Source: Candidatus Peregrinibacteria bacterium (GTDB lineage: Bacteria; Patescibacteriota; Gracilibacteria; Peribacterales; Peribacteraceae). Taken from it: a DNA stretch of 41,018 nt. This document shows positions 1 through 8,626 of the stretch, piece after piece (the stretch's first letter is position 1; each line of letters begins with the position of its first letter). The stretch covers positions 1 to 41,018 of the forward strand of contig JABJGX010000023.1 in NCBI GenBank assembly GCA_018662075.1, read 5' to 3'. The notes below the pieces were generated by a model. That model was not told the DNA's origin. It searched no databases and saw only the letters and a program-made list of their open reading frames with translations. Position numbers and translations under genes: made by a program.

Positions 1-95
1 AGACGTGGTCCTGGGACAATAAATAGCGCAATGCTGACGACAACAAGTGCTGTTGAGAGGCCAAGGAAAAATTTTGCTGGTTTAAGGAGTGACAT
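1..95 (-). CDS. N-terminal fragment of a membrane protein, possibly protein translocase subunit SecF (runs off the window)
   Basis: ATG at 95 gives MSLLKPAKFFLGLSTALVVVSIALFIVPGPR, a basic N-terminus plus one TM helix, resembling the SecF start. Only 31 aa visible. Confidence 0.35.
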   Translation of the reverse strand, partial: MSLLKPAKFFLGLSTALVVVSIALFIVPGPR

Positions 96-131
96 ATCGG
101 AGGGGAGAGTAGTGGTAATTCTGTAAGTAAT

Positions 132-1463
132 CTAGAAAAATAGGTCTTTTTGGATGATAAATCCGTTGATTATCGTATCCCATTCTAGTGTATTTGCGAA
201 GTCTTCTCGTAGAGTTTTACGGTCTTTAGATTGAAGTATCGAGGAGAGTAGTACGTCGATCTCTGATAGTTTGATCATTCCCTGTGATCGTATCAGTTCT
301 GTAGAAGAAGGTGTATGTAGTCGACCTTTTGATTCTATGGCCTCTTGCAGAGTGTCCAGATTATCACTGAGCAAGAAGTCTGTACTGCTCGTAGCGGATA
401 CCATACTCGACCCATCGACTTGCGATGTTGTTTCACGTACAACCCAGTTTCCAGTACGAGTCTGACTATTTTGTATTTGGTCTTCGTCGTGCCGAATGTC
501 TACGGACATAAAGCGTTTGTCGAGCACGCGCCTTGTAATAGTTGTGGCTGGAAGGGTGCCGATAAAGCTCTCGTGAATGCGGTCGAGGATACGACCTCTG
601 GCTGGTATGTTTTTCATAGATCCTTCAAGAAGTATGTGGTTTATAGAACCAGACTGTGTGATGTGTACTGCTGAGGGATCTTTAAGGAGTGCGAGGATGT
701 CATGTTCGAGGCTAATGCCTACACCCCACGCAGAAAGATACTGTCTGATTATCCCGTCAATGATAGTTGCTGGTTGTGCAGGTAATGCCTGGTGTAGTTC
801 TTTCCATAGGACTTGAGGCTCTGCGATACTGACACGAAAAATAGTGTTTCCTAATTCTGCTATTTGTTCTTGAATACTAATGTAGTTAGCGCTGCCCTGT
901 GAGGACACTACAAAGTGATTGCTTAATTCTTGTATGCCAACTGCGTCACTGTTTCCATAGAGTGCTGCAAACTCTAGTGTGCTTCGAATGCCGTCTGGTT
1001 GTGGCAGTGCAGTCGTTGCAATATAGATCCATGGCATATGTGTATGTGCAGCTTCAAGCATTCTGTATGTAGTATTTTTACCAAGAGGAGACTGTTGTTT
1101 TCCAACGAGTGTTTCAATCGATGGACCTACAAAGCTCACGGCATATTGCCCAAGTGTTCCTGCGGTTGCTCGTGTAAAGATTGCCGCACTATACGTGCTG
1201 TCTTCATTTTGAATAATGCCAATAAGTGAACCTGTTTCGTATACTGCTTCTGATAGAGCAGGGAAGTGGGCAGACCATTTCTGCACAGTGTCCTTATTTA
1301 CATCGTGAAAGAGTGCCACCGTACGGTCTTCTGGCAAGAAGTCTGCTGGCGTGTGGCCGTACGTCGTAAGGTTTCCAACAACGAGTATGAGCCCTGCGAG
1401 CACTATCGCACTACCAATCATGGCAGCAACGATCATTATGGCCGTTCGGATGAGGTGTGGCAT
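132..1463 (-). CDS. Hypothetical N-terminally membrane-anchored protein (443 aa)
   Basis: Long ORF with hydrophobic N-terminal anchor; TAAGCT -10-like hexamer 6 nt upstream of ATG. Confidence 0.75.
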   Translation of the reverse strand: MPHLIRTAIMIVAAMIGSAIVLAGLILVVGNLTTYGHTPADFLPEDRTVALFHDVNKDTVQKWSAHFPALSEAVYETGSLIGIIQNEDSTYSAAIFTRATAGTLGQYAVSFVGPSIETLVGKQQSPLGKNTTYRMLEAAHTHMPWIYIATTALPQPDGIRSTLEFAALYGNSDAVGIQELSNHFVVSSQGSANYISIQEQIAELGNTIFRVSIAEPQVLWKELHQALPAQPATIIDGIIRQYLSAWGVGISLEHDILALLKDPSAVHITQSGSINHILLEGSMKNIPARGRILDRIHESFIGTLPATTITRRVLDKRFMSVDIRHDEDQIQNSQTRTGNWVVRETTSQVDGSSMVSATSSTDFLLSDNLDTLQEAIESKGRLHTPSSTELIRSQGMIKLSEIDVLLSSILQSKDRKTLREDFANTLEWDTIINGFIIQKDLFF

Positions 1464-1516
1464 ATGCCTAGCTTATAACGATTAGAGCCTGTTTGCTGCC
1501 CCTTATGAATAACAAA

Positions 1517-1587
1517 TGTATTCATAACAGATTCTTGATACTCGTCTACTCCAATGAGTTGCTATGGACCTCTTATACACGTACAAT
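1517..1587 (+). promoter_or_regulatory. Sigma70-type promoter plus upstream box for ncRNA copy 1
   Basis: TTGCTA (1559-1564), 17 nt, TACAAT (1582-1587). Upstream TGTATTCATAA-N7-TTGATACT (1517-1542) recurs upstream of copy 2. Confidence 0.75.
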
Positions 1588-1592
1588 AATCT

Positions 1593-1988
1593 GATTTGCT
1601 TACTGAAGCGGATCGGACAACACAAACACACACTTTCACACCAACATACACACAAAAAGAGGAAACACGGAGAGGGCGATGCGCACACAGTGCCTATCGC
1701 CCTCTCTGCTCTGCGATGACGCTCTGTCGATGAGAGGTCGCTCTACAGCGTGCATCCCACTAATTCTTCATGAGTCCCAAGGTGTTATACCTTGTCTTGG
1801 ATTCTGGTCGAAGGACTCGTCCGGTAGCGAGAATAAACGAGATACCGTAGCAAGGCAGGGAATCGGGGTCACCTCACCTCACGTGGTTTCCATAGGCTCG
1901 CAGCTCCCTTCTTAGAATAGTTGCAGATAGCTCGGAAGCATTAACACATCAAAGAAGGCCAGAGATAACTTGAATTCTGGTCTTTTTT
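1593..1988 (+). ncRNA. Putative large structured non-coding RNA, copy 1 (~396 nt, family unknown)
   Basis: Own promoter and terminator. Hairpins with G-U pairs valid on + (1590-1617; 1670-1680/1696-1706; 1770-1777/1813-1820). G-free A/C tract 1617-1658. Core homologous to 26341-26230(-). Confidence 0.75.
1951..1988 (+). terminator. Intrinsic terminator, possibly bidirectional with the convergent TPR gene
   Basis: AAAGAAGGCCAGA ... TCTGGTCTTTTTT stem ending in a U-run. Confidence 0.7.
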
Positions 1989-2000
1989 GTTATCTGTACA

Positions 2001-3302
2001 TTACAGTAATTCCATCTTCTGCTTTGCACTCTCTAGATTTGGGTTCAAGTCGAGTGCCTTTTGAATAGCTTTTCGTGCATCATCTTTTTTATCTATCTGA
2101 AGTGCAATGCCAGCGAGAAGGTCATAAGCATTTGCGTCATTTGGCCAGCGCGAGGTCGCTAGGATTGCTTTTGTATATGCCTCCTCTGTTCTTCCGAGAG
2201 CTGCTGCTGCTGAGATGTATCCTTCAAAGACTTCAAGTGTGGCAGTCGACTCTAGTGTGAGAGCGTCGTATTGGTCGAGAGCGAGTCCTGCATTTCCAAT
2301 CTCTAGTGCGTTCTTTGCGATAAGCCTTCGAATTTCTGCCTGTGGTTGGAAGCCATTACTGAGAGAGTATTCGAAGAAGGTGATCGCGTTTTGGTATTCG
2401 TGCAGTGCAGCATATGCACGAGCGAGGAAGTACTGTACTTCTGGCTTTTGAGGGTCGAGTGAGTATGCATGTTCTAGAGAAGCGAGAGATTGCTCTGCAC
2501 GTTCTGTCACAAGCTCACAGTATCCTTGCACTATCCATGCATCGCGGTAGTCATCTTTTGCACTGGTGACTTGAATGAGAAGGGGGAGTGCTAGTTCACA
2601 TTCTTGGACTTGCGCTAATGCACGAGAGAGCAGTGTAATTAAGTGCATGTCAGACCCTTCAGGGAAGAGCATGAATTCGTCGTATGCAGACTGCAAAGTT
2701 CGCGCGTAAGACCTGAGGATTGGATCCCATCCTTCTGCTGTGAGTCCGAGCTCTTTTACTGCACGCTGATGGCTACCTTGTACGATAGAAAGAAGAGCGA
2801 GACCATAATGTTGCTGTGGTGAATCTTCTGCCCCTTCTAGCGTTTTCTGTGCGTCGATCAGTTCTCCAGACCGTAGCAGGATGATTGTTTCTAGGAGCAA
2901 GACATCTTCTTCTCGTGCCCCTGCATTTTTCATTTTCTTGAGTGTAGAACGTACGCCTTTTGTGTCTCTTCTTTGCATTTGTGCAAGGGCTAGCTTACGA
3001 AGAGCGGGGAGTCCTCCATCATTTTTTACTGATAGCTCGTATTCGTTCTGTGCTTCTGCCCATTCTCCACGCAGTGCAAGAATATCACCTTGCCTCAAGT
3101 GCATAAGAGAGATGTCATCTGTATTCATGAGCTCACTTGGCATTGCTTCTACTGGAATACCGAGGAGTTTTGACTCATCGAACCTTTGTCCTTGTAGAAG
3201 TCTTGTAGATTCTGTGAGCTGCCACCATAAAAACACCATTAGTACTCCAGCGCATAGCGTTGCAAGGAGAACAGGTGCCGCAATTTTTGGTGCCAACTTC
3301 AT
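2001..3302 (-). CDS. Tetratricopeptide-repeat protein with N-terminal TM anchor
   Basis: Repeated helical TPR-like patterns (LEHAYSLDPQKPEVQYFLARAY; IQKALDLNPN). Confidence 0.8.
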   Translation of the reverse strand: MKLAPKIAAPVLLATLCAGVLMVFLWWQLTESTRLLQGQRFDESKLLGIPVEAMPSELMNTDDISLMHLRQGDILALRGEWAEAQNEYELSVKNDGGLPALRKLALAQMQRRDTKGVRSTLKKMKNAGAREEDVLLLETIILLRSGELIDAQKTLEGAEDSPQQHYGLALLSIVQGSHQRAVKELGLTAEGWDPILRSYARTLQSAYDEFMLFPEGSDMHLITLLSRALAQVQECELALPLLIQVTSAKDDYRDAWIVQGYCELVTERAEQSLASLEHAYSLDPQKPEVQYFLARAYAALHEYQNAITFFEYSLSNGFQPQAEIRRLIAKNALEIGNAGLALDQYDALTLESTATLEVFEGYISAAAALGRTEEAYTKAILATSRWPNDANAYDLLAGIALQIDKKDDARKAIQKALDLNPNLESAKQKMELL

Positions 3303-3336
3303 TGGCAGCAGAGTACCACAAAAAATAATTGTCGTC

Positions 3337-3948
3337 TTACTCTATTGATGGACTGAGTTCACCATCTTCCATTGATGCATTGTTTACTGTTTCACGTGCT
3401 TGTGCTTCTGCAATGTTTTTCGGAATCACTGCTTCAATAGCACCCCATGTCGCTTCGCTATCTTCTGGAAGAAGAATGCTGATCTGGTCTCCAACTTCTG
3501 CACGGTAGAATGTGACAGATGCAAGGAGTACGCGATACGCTTTTCCTTCGCAGAGAATCTTGTACTGTCCATCCTCTTGAATGAGGACACCGAAGAGAGT
3601 TTTTCTTTTAATAGGAAGGATCTGTTTATAGATGAATTTCCCTTCGTCTGTAATAGTAAGCTTCATACCATCACCTTCAACAAGTTTACTTTTTGATGCG
3701 TAGTTTGCAGGGATGGGATACTCCTGTCCTTCTCCGTCAACCATGTTCTGTCCGTCGAAAATTCCTTCAACCACTTTTCCACTTTCGCTGGATGTAGCTG
3801 GTGCTGTGTGGGTTGCGCGAAGCATGTTCCGCTCTTTTCCTGTATCGACGACACCAGTCATTTCTCGTAAAAGAGCATTCGCAGTTTTAAGTGCAGATGA
3901 TGCACCATCGATTAGTTCTTGGATCTGTAAGATTTTGTCGTCAGACAT
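3337..3948 (-). CDS. Conserved hypothetical protein of a type common in CPR genomes
   Basis: Clean ORF in operon-like spacing; motif VVEGIFDGQNM...YPIPANYASKSKLVEGD. Confidence 0.75.
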   Translation of the reverse strand: MSDDKILQIQELIDGASSALKTANALLREMTGVVDTGKERNMLRATHTAPATSSESGKVVEGIFDGQNMVDGEGQEYPIPANYASKSKLVEGDGMKLTITDEGKFIYKQILPIKRKTLFGVLIQEDGQYKILCEGKAYRVLLASVTFYRAEVGDQISILLPEDSEATWGAIEAVIPKNIAEAQARETVNNASMEDGELSPSIE

Positions 3949-3950
3949 GA

Positions 3951-4943
3951 TTATAAGAGGGGATATGAAGAGACATCAAGAGAGCATTCCGTAAGCCGTA
4001 ATCTGATCTCTATGTCTGTAAGAAGTGCAGTTTGTGCGCCGATTGAGGCCACGACACTTGCTGCATTTATACTACCTGTTTTTAGCGCTTCTGGCAAGAT
4101 CAGTCCTTCCATTAGACCCCATGTCACACCTGTTCCAAAAGCGTCTCCTGCCCCTGTTGTATCCACAATATCGATATTTTCAAGCACCGGACATGCGTAG
4201 ATATTTGTACCATCTGAAGCGACCGTTTCGTTCCCTCCATCAGTGATACAAATATTGGCAACGCCGGACTGTATAAGGGCGCGAATGGCTGCGTCTACTT
4301 CTTCTGTTTTGGTAAACTTTAGAGCCTCTTCTTTATTGAGAATAAGGAGATCTGTGTGCTTCAAAAGTTCTGCATGAGCTTGTAGTCCTGCGTCGATCTG
4401 GCACCCGCCTGGGTTCCATGTGAGACATGGGACACCCTCTGAAGAGAGCATTTCAGCGATATCATCTTGAATGACACAGCTGCCTTCTTGAATATGATTG
4501 AGAAAGACCCAATCAACGCTTGAAAGCATTTCTTTATCAAAATTGGCATCATGTAAATGCTTGTTTGTTCCTGGTTCATAGAGAATGACACGCTCGCCGC
4601 TTTTACCTGAGAGGATAATAGAATAGCTGCTGACCTCGTCTTCAACGACGGTGACACAGCTGGTATCTACACCTTCTTTTTGTAAGTTCTGCATAAGCTT
4701 TTCGCCCCATTGGTCAGCACTGAGCACACCTTCGTAGCATGCACTGCATCCGAGCCTCGCGAGTCCGACAGAAGTGTTACTTGCGCCACCCCCACATGTT
4801 TCGATGAGGTTTTCAACACGGATCTTTGCACCGAGTGGTAACGCAAAAGAGTCTGCACTATTACATTCAGCTACCGCACCTTTTGGCAGTCGAACAAACA
4901 GGTCGTAGGTAGCGCCTCCGATGGAAAGCGTTCTGTGTCCCAT
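3951..4943 (-). CDS. PfkB/ribokinase-family carbohydrate kinase
   Basis: GGGASNTSVGLARLG and DTTGAGDAF signatures. Confidence 0.92.
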   Translation of the reverse strand: MGHRTLSIGGATYDLFVRLPKGAVAECNSADSFALPLGAKIRVENLIETCGGGASNTSVGLARLGCSACYEGVLSADQWGEKLMQNLQKEGVDTSCVTVVEDEVSSYSIILSGKSGERVILYEPGTNKHLHDANFDKEMLSSVDWVFLNHIQEGSCVIQDDIAEMLSSEGVPCLTWNPGGCQIDAGLQAHAELLKHTDLLILNKEEALKFTKTEEVDAAIRALIQSGVANICITDGGNETVASDGTNIYACPVLENIDIVDTTGAGDAFGTGVTWGLMEGLILPEALKTGSINAASVVASIGAQTALLTDIEIRLRLTECSLDVSSYPLL

Positions 4944-4946
4944 ATG

Positions 4947-7385
4947 TTAAAGATTGTACCGTGATTGCATTGCCTGCATAAATGCAGTTTGCATTTGCAT
5001 GTTCTTTTTTCTACGTAAGTGTACCTGAAAGAGGACAACGCTGACTGCGAGTATTGACCAGAGCATCCATGCTGGAGCACCAGTTGGGTCTAGGTCTGGC
5101 ACTGCAGGAGTGCGTGGTGGTCCTTCGAATTCTCCTGCTGCTCCATGGAGCCCTCCTGGGATTGGGTCTCCTGGGGCTGCTGTGTAGCCGCCTCCAATTG
5201 GAGTTCCTTGCCCGGTTGCAGACAGGTCTTCGAGAAGTTCACCAGTTGTCGTAATTGGAGTGAGCTTCACAAAGTACGTAATTCCATTGATCAAGTCGCG
5301 CAATGTGTATGCACGTAGCTCTCCGTTTAGTGTTCGCTTCTCTGTGAACTCGTCTGGTTCAGTGCCATATTCCAAAAGGAATGAAGAGAGTGGAACGTTT
5401 GCTGTAAGGGCATCCCATTCGACAAAGACAGACCCGTCACCAGGGGTAATTTCGAGCTTAAGTCCAAGGACGATAGCGGATACTGCGTCGCTTTCCTCTT
5501 CACTTTCACGCCCCTCTTGTAGGGCAGTGATACCAAAGAAGTATTCTGTTCCTGGTCGGAGTCCTGCAACTGTTGCTGCAGCTGTTGGGCGATCTGTATC
5601 GAGTGTGTAGAGGAATTCACGCGGATCCGTTCCGACATAAATACGGTATCCATCAATCTCCTCCTCTTCACCCACTGGATCCCAACGCAATGCAATTGCA
5701 TTGATCTGTGCTTCTGCAATGACACTTTGCACCTGTGGCAAGCCACGAAGTGATACGCCAAATGTTGCAGAATCAGATGTTGTATTTCCAATAGCATCTG
5801 ATGTGGTTACGGTAACGTCGTGTGTCCCTCCTCCTTCTGGTGCTTGGATCAGCATTTGATACTTTCCAGAGGTTGGGTCAGTGTTTGTTAGCGTGTATGT
5901 TTCTCCTAGGAATTCTGCAGTGACACTTGGTGTACCTGGTTCTGTCTGAACAACAAGAAGGACATCTGTTTCTTCTACTGGGTTTTCTGGTGTGAATGTA
6001 ATACTGCTAATTGCAGGGGGAGTGATGTCGATAGAGAATGCACGTGCTTCAGATTCATATCGTCCATCAATATCTTTCACGATAATGGAAAATTCAGTTT
6101 CTAATGGATCGAGCGTGATTGGAATAGCGAAGTTACCATCTCGGTCTGTTTCTCCGACAACGTCTTCTAATCCACCGACAACCGTAAGGTTAATGAAGGC
6201 AGGTCCGTTTCCTGTCACGGTAATATCTGTTTCATTGAACTTGGCATTTGCCTGAGGTTCAAAGACACTTACTTTAATATCTGGCTTATCGATGATCTGC
6301 TGTCCAACAACAGATACTGCCATAAATCCAAGAGAATCTCGTGGGTCTTCAGGGGCTGCATTTGGACTGTCTGTAATAATGATTATATGATCACCTGCAT
6401 TCCCAAACTTTAGGACAAGAGGGAAGCTTCGTGCTCCCTGGTTTGTAAATCCAAATTGAATGACTCCATCTTTTGGTAGCTCTGCAGATGGATCTGTTGA
6501 TGCCATATACACAGTGCCTTCGTAGTCTTGGAAAATATTTCCATTTTGATCGATTGCAGTGATACGAATATCCTCTGCTTCGTTCAGTCTTAGCATTGGC
6601 TTGTCTGATGTAATCCGATCTCCGATACGAATTTCGAAGTGGTCGAGCTCTTGGAACTCGCCAACTTGCCCGAGAAGACTTGCACCAAGGACATTGGTAT
6701 CTGAATAGAAACGTGTTGGTGTTCGCGGAGCAGTATATGCAACTTGTGTTGGTCCACCCATACTCTCTGTAATACTTCCCGCCATAAGGGCGATTGAGTC
6801 GTCTATCATTTGTGCACTAATAATATCCATCGCACGTAATGTGAGTGCGCCATTTGTTGATGCACGTACAACGAACTGCTGTTCACCGTATCCATTTGTT
6901 TCCCTCGAAATTGACTGGATAAGATCTGTAGGCCTACTAGAAATTAGTTCGACCATGCGTCCTGCAAGCGGGTTTCCGTATCTGTCTACAAGGACCACTG
7001 TTACAGTGACCTCTTCGCCAATTGCGATCTGCTGAGATGGCATATCGATATAGCTTTGTAGTGTATCGATACTATCTGGGTGCACCTCTAGTGATGCAAC
7101 AATGCTCTCAGACGAAAGCAGGTACTCACCTGCAACTTCAAGGTCGCTTCCTGCAATCCATGTGTGTGCTACACCTGCGTCGCCTACATTTAATGTGTGC
7201 GTAAATGTATTTCCAATTGGAGGAGTGATAGAGAGTTCAACTTTGTCTCCCGGCGTCGCATCTGTAATACTAATTTCTGTCGCAAGTCCGGCCACAGTAT
7301 CCATGGCATCTATCGTAAGAGCGTGTGCACTAACAGGGAGTGCAAAGAGTGCTGCAACCAATAATGTGTGTGTGTATTTCTTCAT
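4947..7385 (-). CDS. Secreted/surface protein with Ig-like and fibronectin type III domains and C-terminal anchor
   Basis: Signal peptide (AHA|L); Big-1-like VTVVLVDRYGNPL; two FN3-like units (LRWDPV...GYRIYVG...GLRPGTEYFF; DLINGITYFVKL); C-terminal LDPTG, TM helix, RRKK. Confidence 0.8.
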   Translation of the reverse strand: MKKYTHTLLVAALFALPVSAHALTIDAMDTVAGLATEISITDATPGDKVELSITPPIGNTFTHTLNVGDAGVAHTWIAGSDLEVAGEYLLSSESIVASLEVHPDSIDTLQSYIDMPSQQIAIGEEVTVTVVLVDRYGNPLAGRMVELISSRPTDLIQSISRETNGYGEQQFVVRASTNGALTLRAMDIISAQMIDDSIALMAGSITESMGGPTQVAYTAPRTPTRFYSDTNVLGASLLGQVGEFQELDHFEIRIGDRITSDKPMLRLNEAEDIRITAIDQNGNIFQDYEGTVYMASTDPSAELPKDGVIQFGFTNQGARSFPLVLKFGNAGDHIIIITDSPNAAPEDPRDSLGFMAVSVVGQQIIDKPDIKVSVFEPQANAKFNETDITVTGNGPAFINLTVVGGLEDVVGETDRDGNFAIPITLDPLETEFSIIVKDIDGRYESEARAFSIDITPPAISSITFTPENPVEETDVLLVVQTEPGTPSVTAEFLGETYTLTNTDPTSGKYQMLIQAPEGGGTHDVTVTTSDAIGNTTSDSATFGVSLRGLPQVQSVIAEAQINAIALRWDPVGEEEEIDGYRIYVGTDPREFLYTLDTDRPTAAATVAGLRPGTEYFFGITALQEGRESEEESDAVSAIVLGLKLEITPGDGSVFVEWDALTANVPLSSFLLEYGTEPDEFTEKRTLNGELRAYTLRDLINGITYFVKLTPITTTGELLEDLSATGQGTPIGGGYTAAPGDPIPGGLHGAAGEFEGPPRTPAVPDLDPTGAPAWMLWSILAVSVVLFQVHLRRKKNMQMQTAFMQAMQSRYNL

Positions 7386-7534
7386 AAATCATACTATTCT
7401 AACATTATTACGTGTTTTGCTCAATATACATAGTGTGACTGGAACATGGTAATACGCAGTTGTCTACAATCTTTCCAGGGTGACGGATCATTCAGATTTC
7501 CCCTCGAGGCCTACTTTATAGTACTATTACATTT

Positions 7535-8095
7535 ATGAAACGAATATTCCTCTTTTCAGCCTGTGTTCTTCTTGCCGCTTGTGGCGGGGGTTCTGCTCGT
7601 TCTGGCTGTGAGCAGGATTACTGGGATGGGACCGTCGGAACGTGTCTTCCTGAGGGGTGGGAGATTATTGATAAAGAGACTTTACGCCAGCGAGGTGTGC
7701 CAGAAGAGACAATTGTTGCTTTCCAGATTTCAGAGTCTGTTTCTGGTCAGTTTCCAACAGTTGCCGTTACAAAAGAGCGACTACCAAACCCCGTAACTGC
7801 GCAGAACTATAGCTCTGCAAGTATTAGGTCTATAGAAGTTATGGAAGGATATACGTTGGTAGACTCGAAGGATTTCACGGTAGACGGAGAGGATGTCTCT
7901 CTACACATCTTTACTGCGCAACCGATAGAAGGAGAGCCGCGTCGTCGCTTCTTCCAGGTAAGTACTGCTATTGAAGACATAGGATTTACAGCAACTGCTG
8001 TATCGCCTGTATCTATTACGAAAGAACTCGAGGAAGACATGATGCTTATTCTTGAACACCTTGTCTTTTCAGAGCCTATAGAAGAGGAGAAATAA
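7535..8095 (+). CDS. Lipoprotein, PsbP/DcrB(DUF1795)-like
   Basis: Lipobox LAAC; LPEGW motif typical of PsbP/Mog1-fold proteins. Confidence 0.65.
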   Translation: MKRIFLFSACVLLAACGGGSARSGCEQDYWDGTVGTCLPEGWEIIDKETLRQRGVPEETIVAFQISESVSGQFPTVAVTKERLPNPVTAQNYSSASIRSIEVMEGYTLVDSKDFTVDGEDVSLHIFTAQPIEGEPRRRFFQVSTAIEDIGFTATAVSPVSITKELEEDMMLILEHLVFSEPIEEEK

Positions 8096-8144
8096 GCGTG
8101 ATATTTACCCTGAATGTCTGCTAGAATCTGGTCCACTACTTTAT

Positions 8145-8219
<75 letters not shown>

Positions 8220-8247
8220 TTCTTTTTGCATTTCACCTTTTTCTATT

Positions 8248-8616
8248 GTGACTTTTGAAAGATCAAAAGTAACCAAAAATCTTAGCCACTGATATGAACG
8301 AAGAAATAATGAGAGGACAGAGTTGTGCGCTCCTCGACTAAGCTTGCTGTGGCAACTTAGCTCTTCGTCACTAAGAAGAAATGAAGCGGTGTGATCTTCG
8401 TCCATACTACAGTGGCAGACGATCGTCTGGCAGACTGCATGTCTGAGGACGAAGAATATACTAAGAGTGAAAGGGATACAGCGACGAGAACCAGTTGCTG
8501 TAAGCAAACGCAGTGACCTGGGCGAGGAGCATCCGAGTAGTGCGAGTGTTATTTCTTCGAACGAGTTCTGTCTGCCTTGATTTTTCCGCCTCTTTTTCAT
8601 CAAGGAAAAAGGGGCA
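8248..8616 (+). other. Highly structured non-coding element downstream of tRNA-Cys (ncRNA or REP/MITE-like element)
   Basis: Nested long-range stems CGAAGAAATAAT/GTTATTTCTTCG, GCTCCTCG/CGAGGAGC, TCTTCGTCC/GGACGAAGA, TACAGCGAC/GTTGCTGTA; hairpins at both ends. Confidence 0.55.
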
Positions 8617-8626
8617 AGAGAGGAGA

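Noticed and set aside
1564..1915. Small ORFs over ncRNA copy 1: His-rich 51 aa (1564-1719), a Thr-rich frame, and 78 aa (1679-1915)
   Set aside because: His/Thr richness is a by-product of the CA tract. The 51-aa ORF starts inside the promoter, the 1679 ATG is buried in an 11-bp stem, no frame is conserved in copy 2, and no same-strand gene follows for attenuation.
1593..1988. Identity as tmRNA, RNase P, SRP, cobalamin or T-box element
   Set aside because: No tRNA-like ends or CCA, no GAGGAAAGUCC or ACAGAA..CGGCUUA, no SRP GGAAG-AGCAG loop, no B12 box or T-box consensus found by eye. A formal Rfam scan is still needed.
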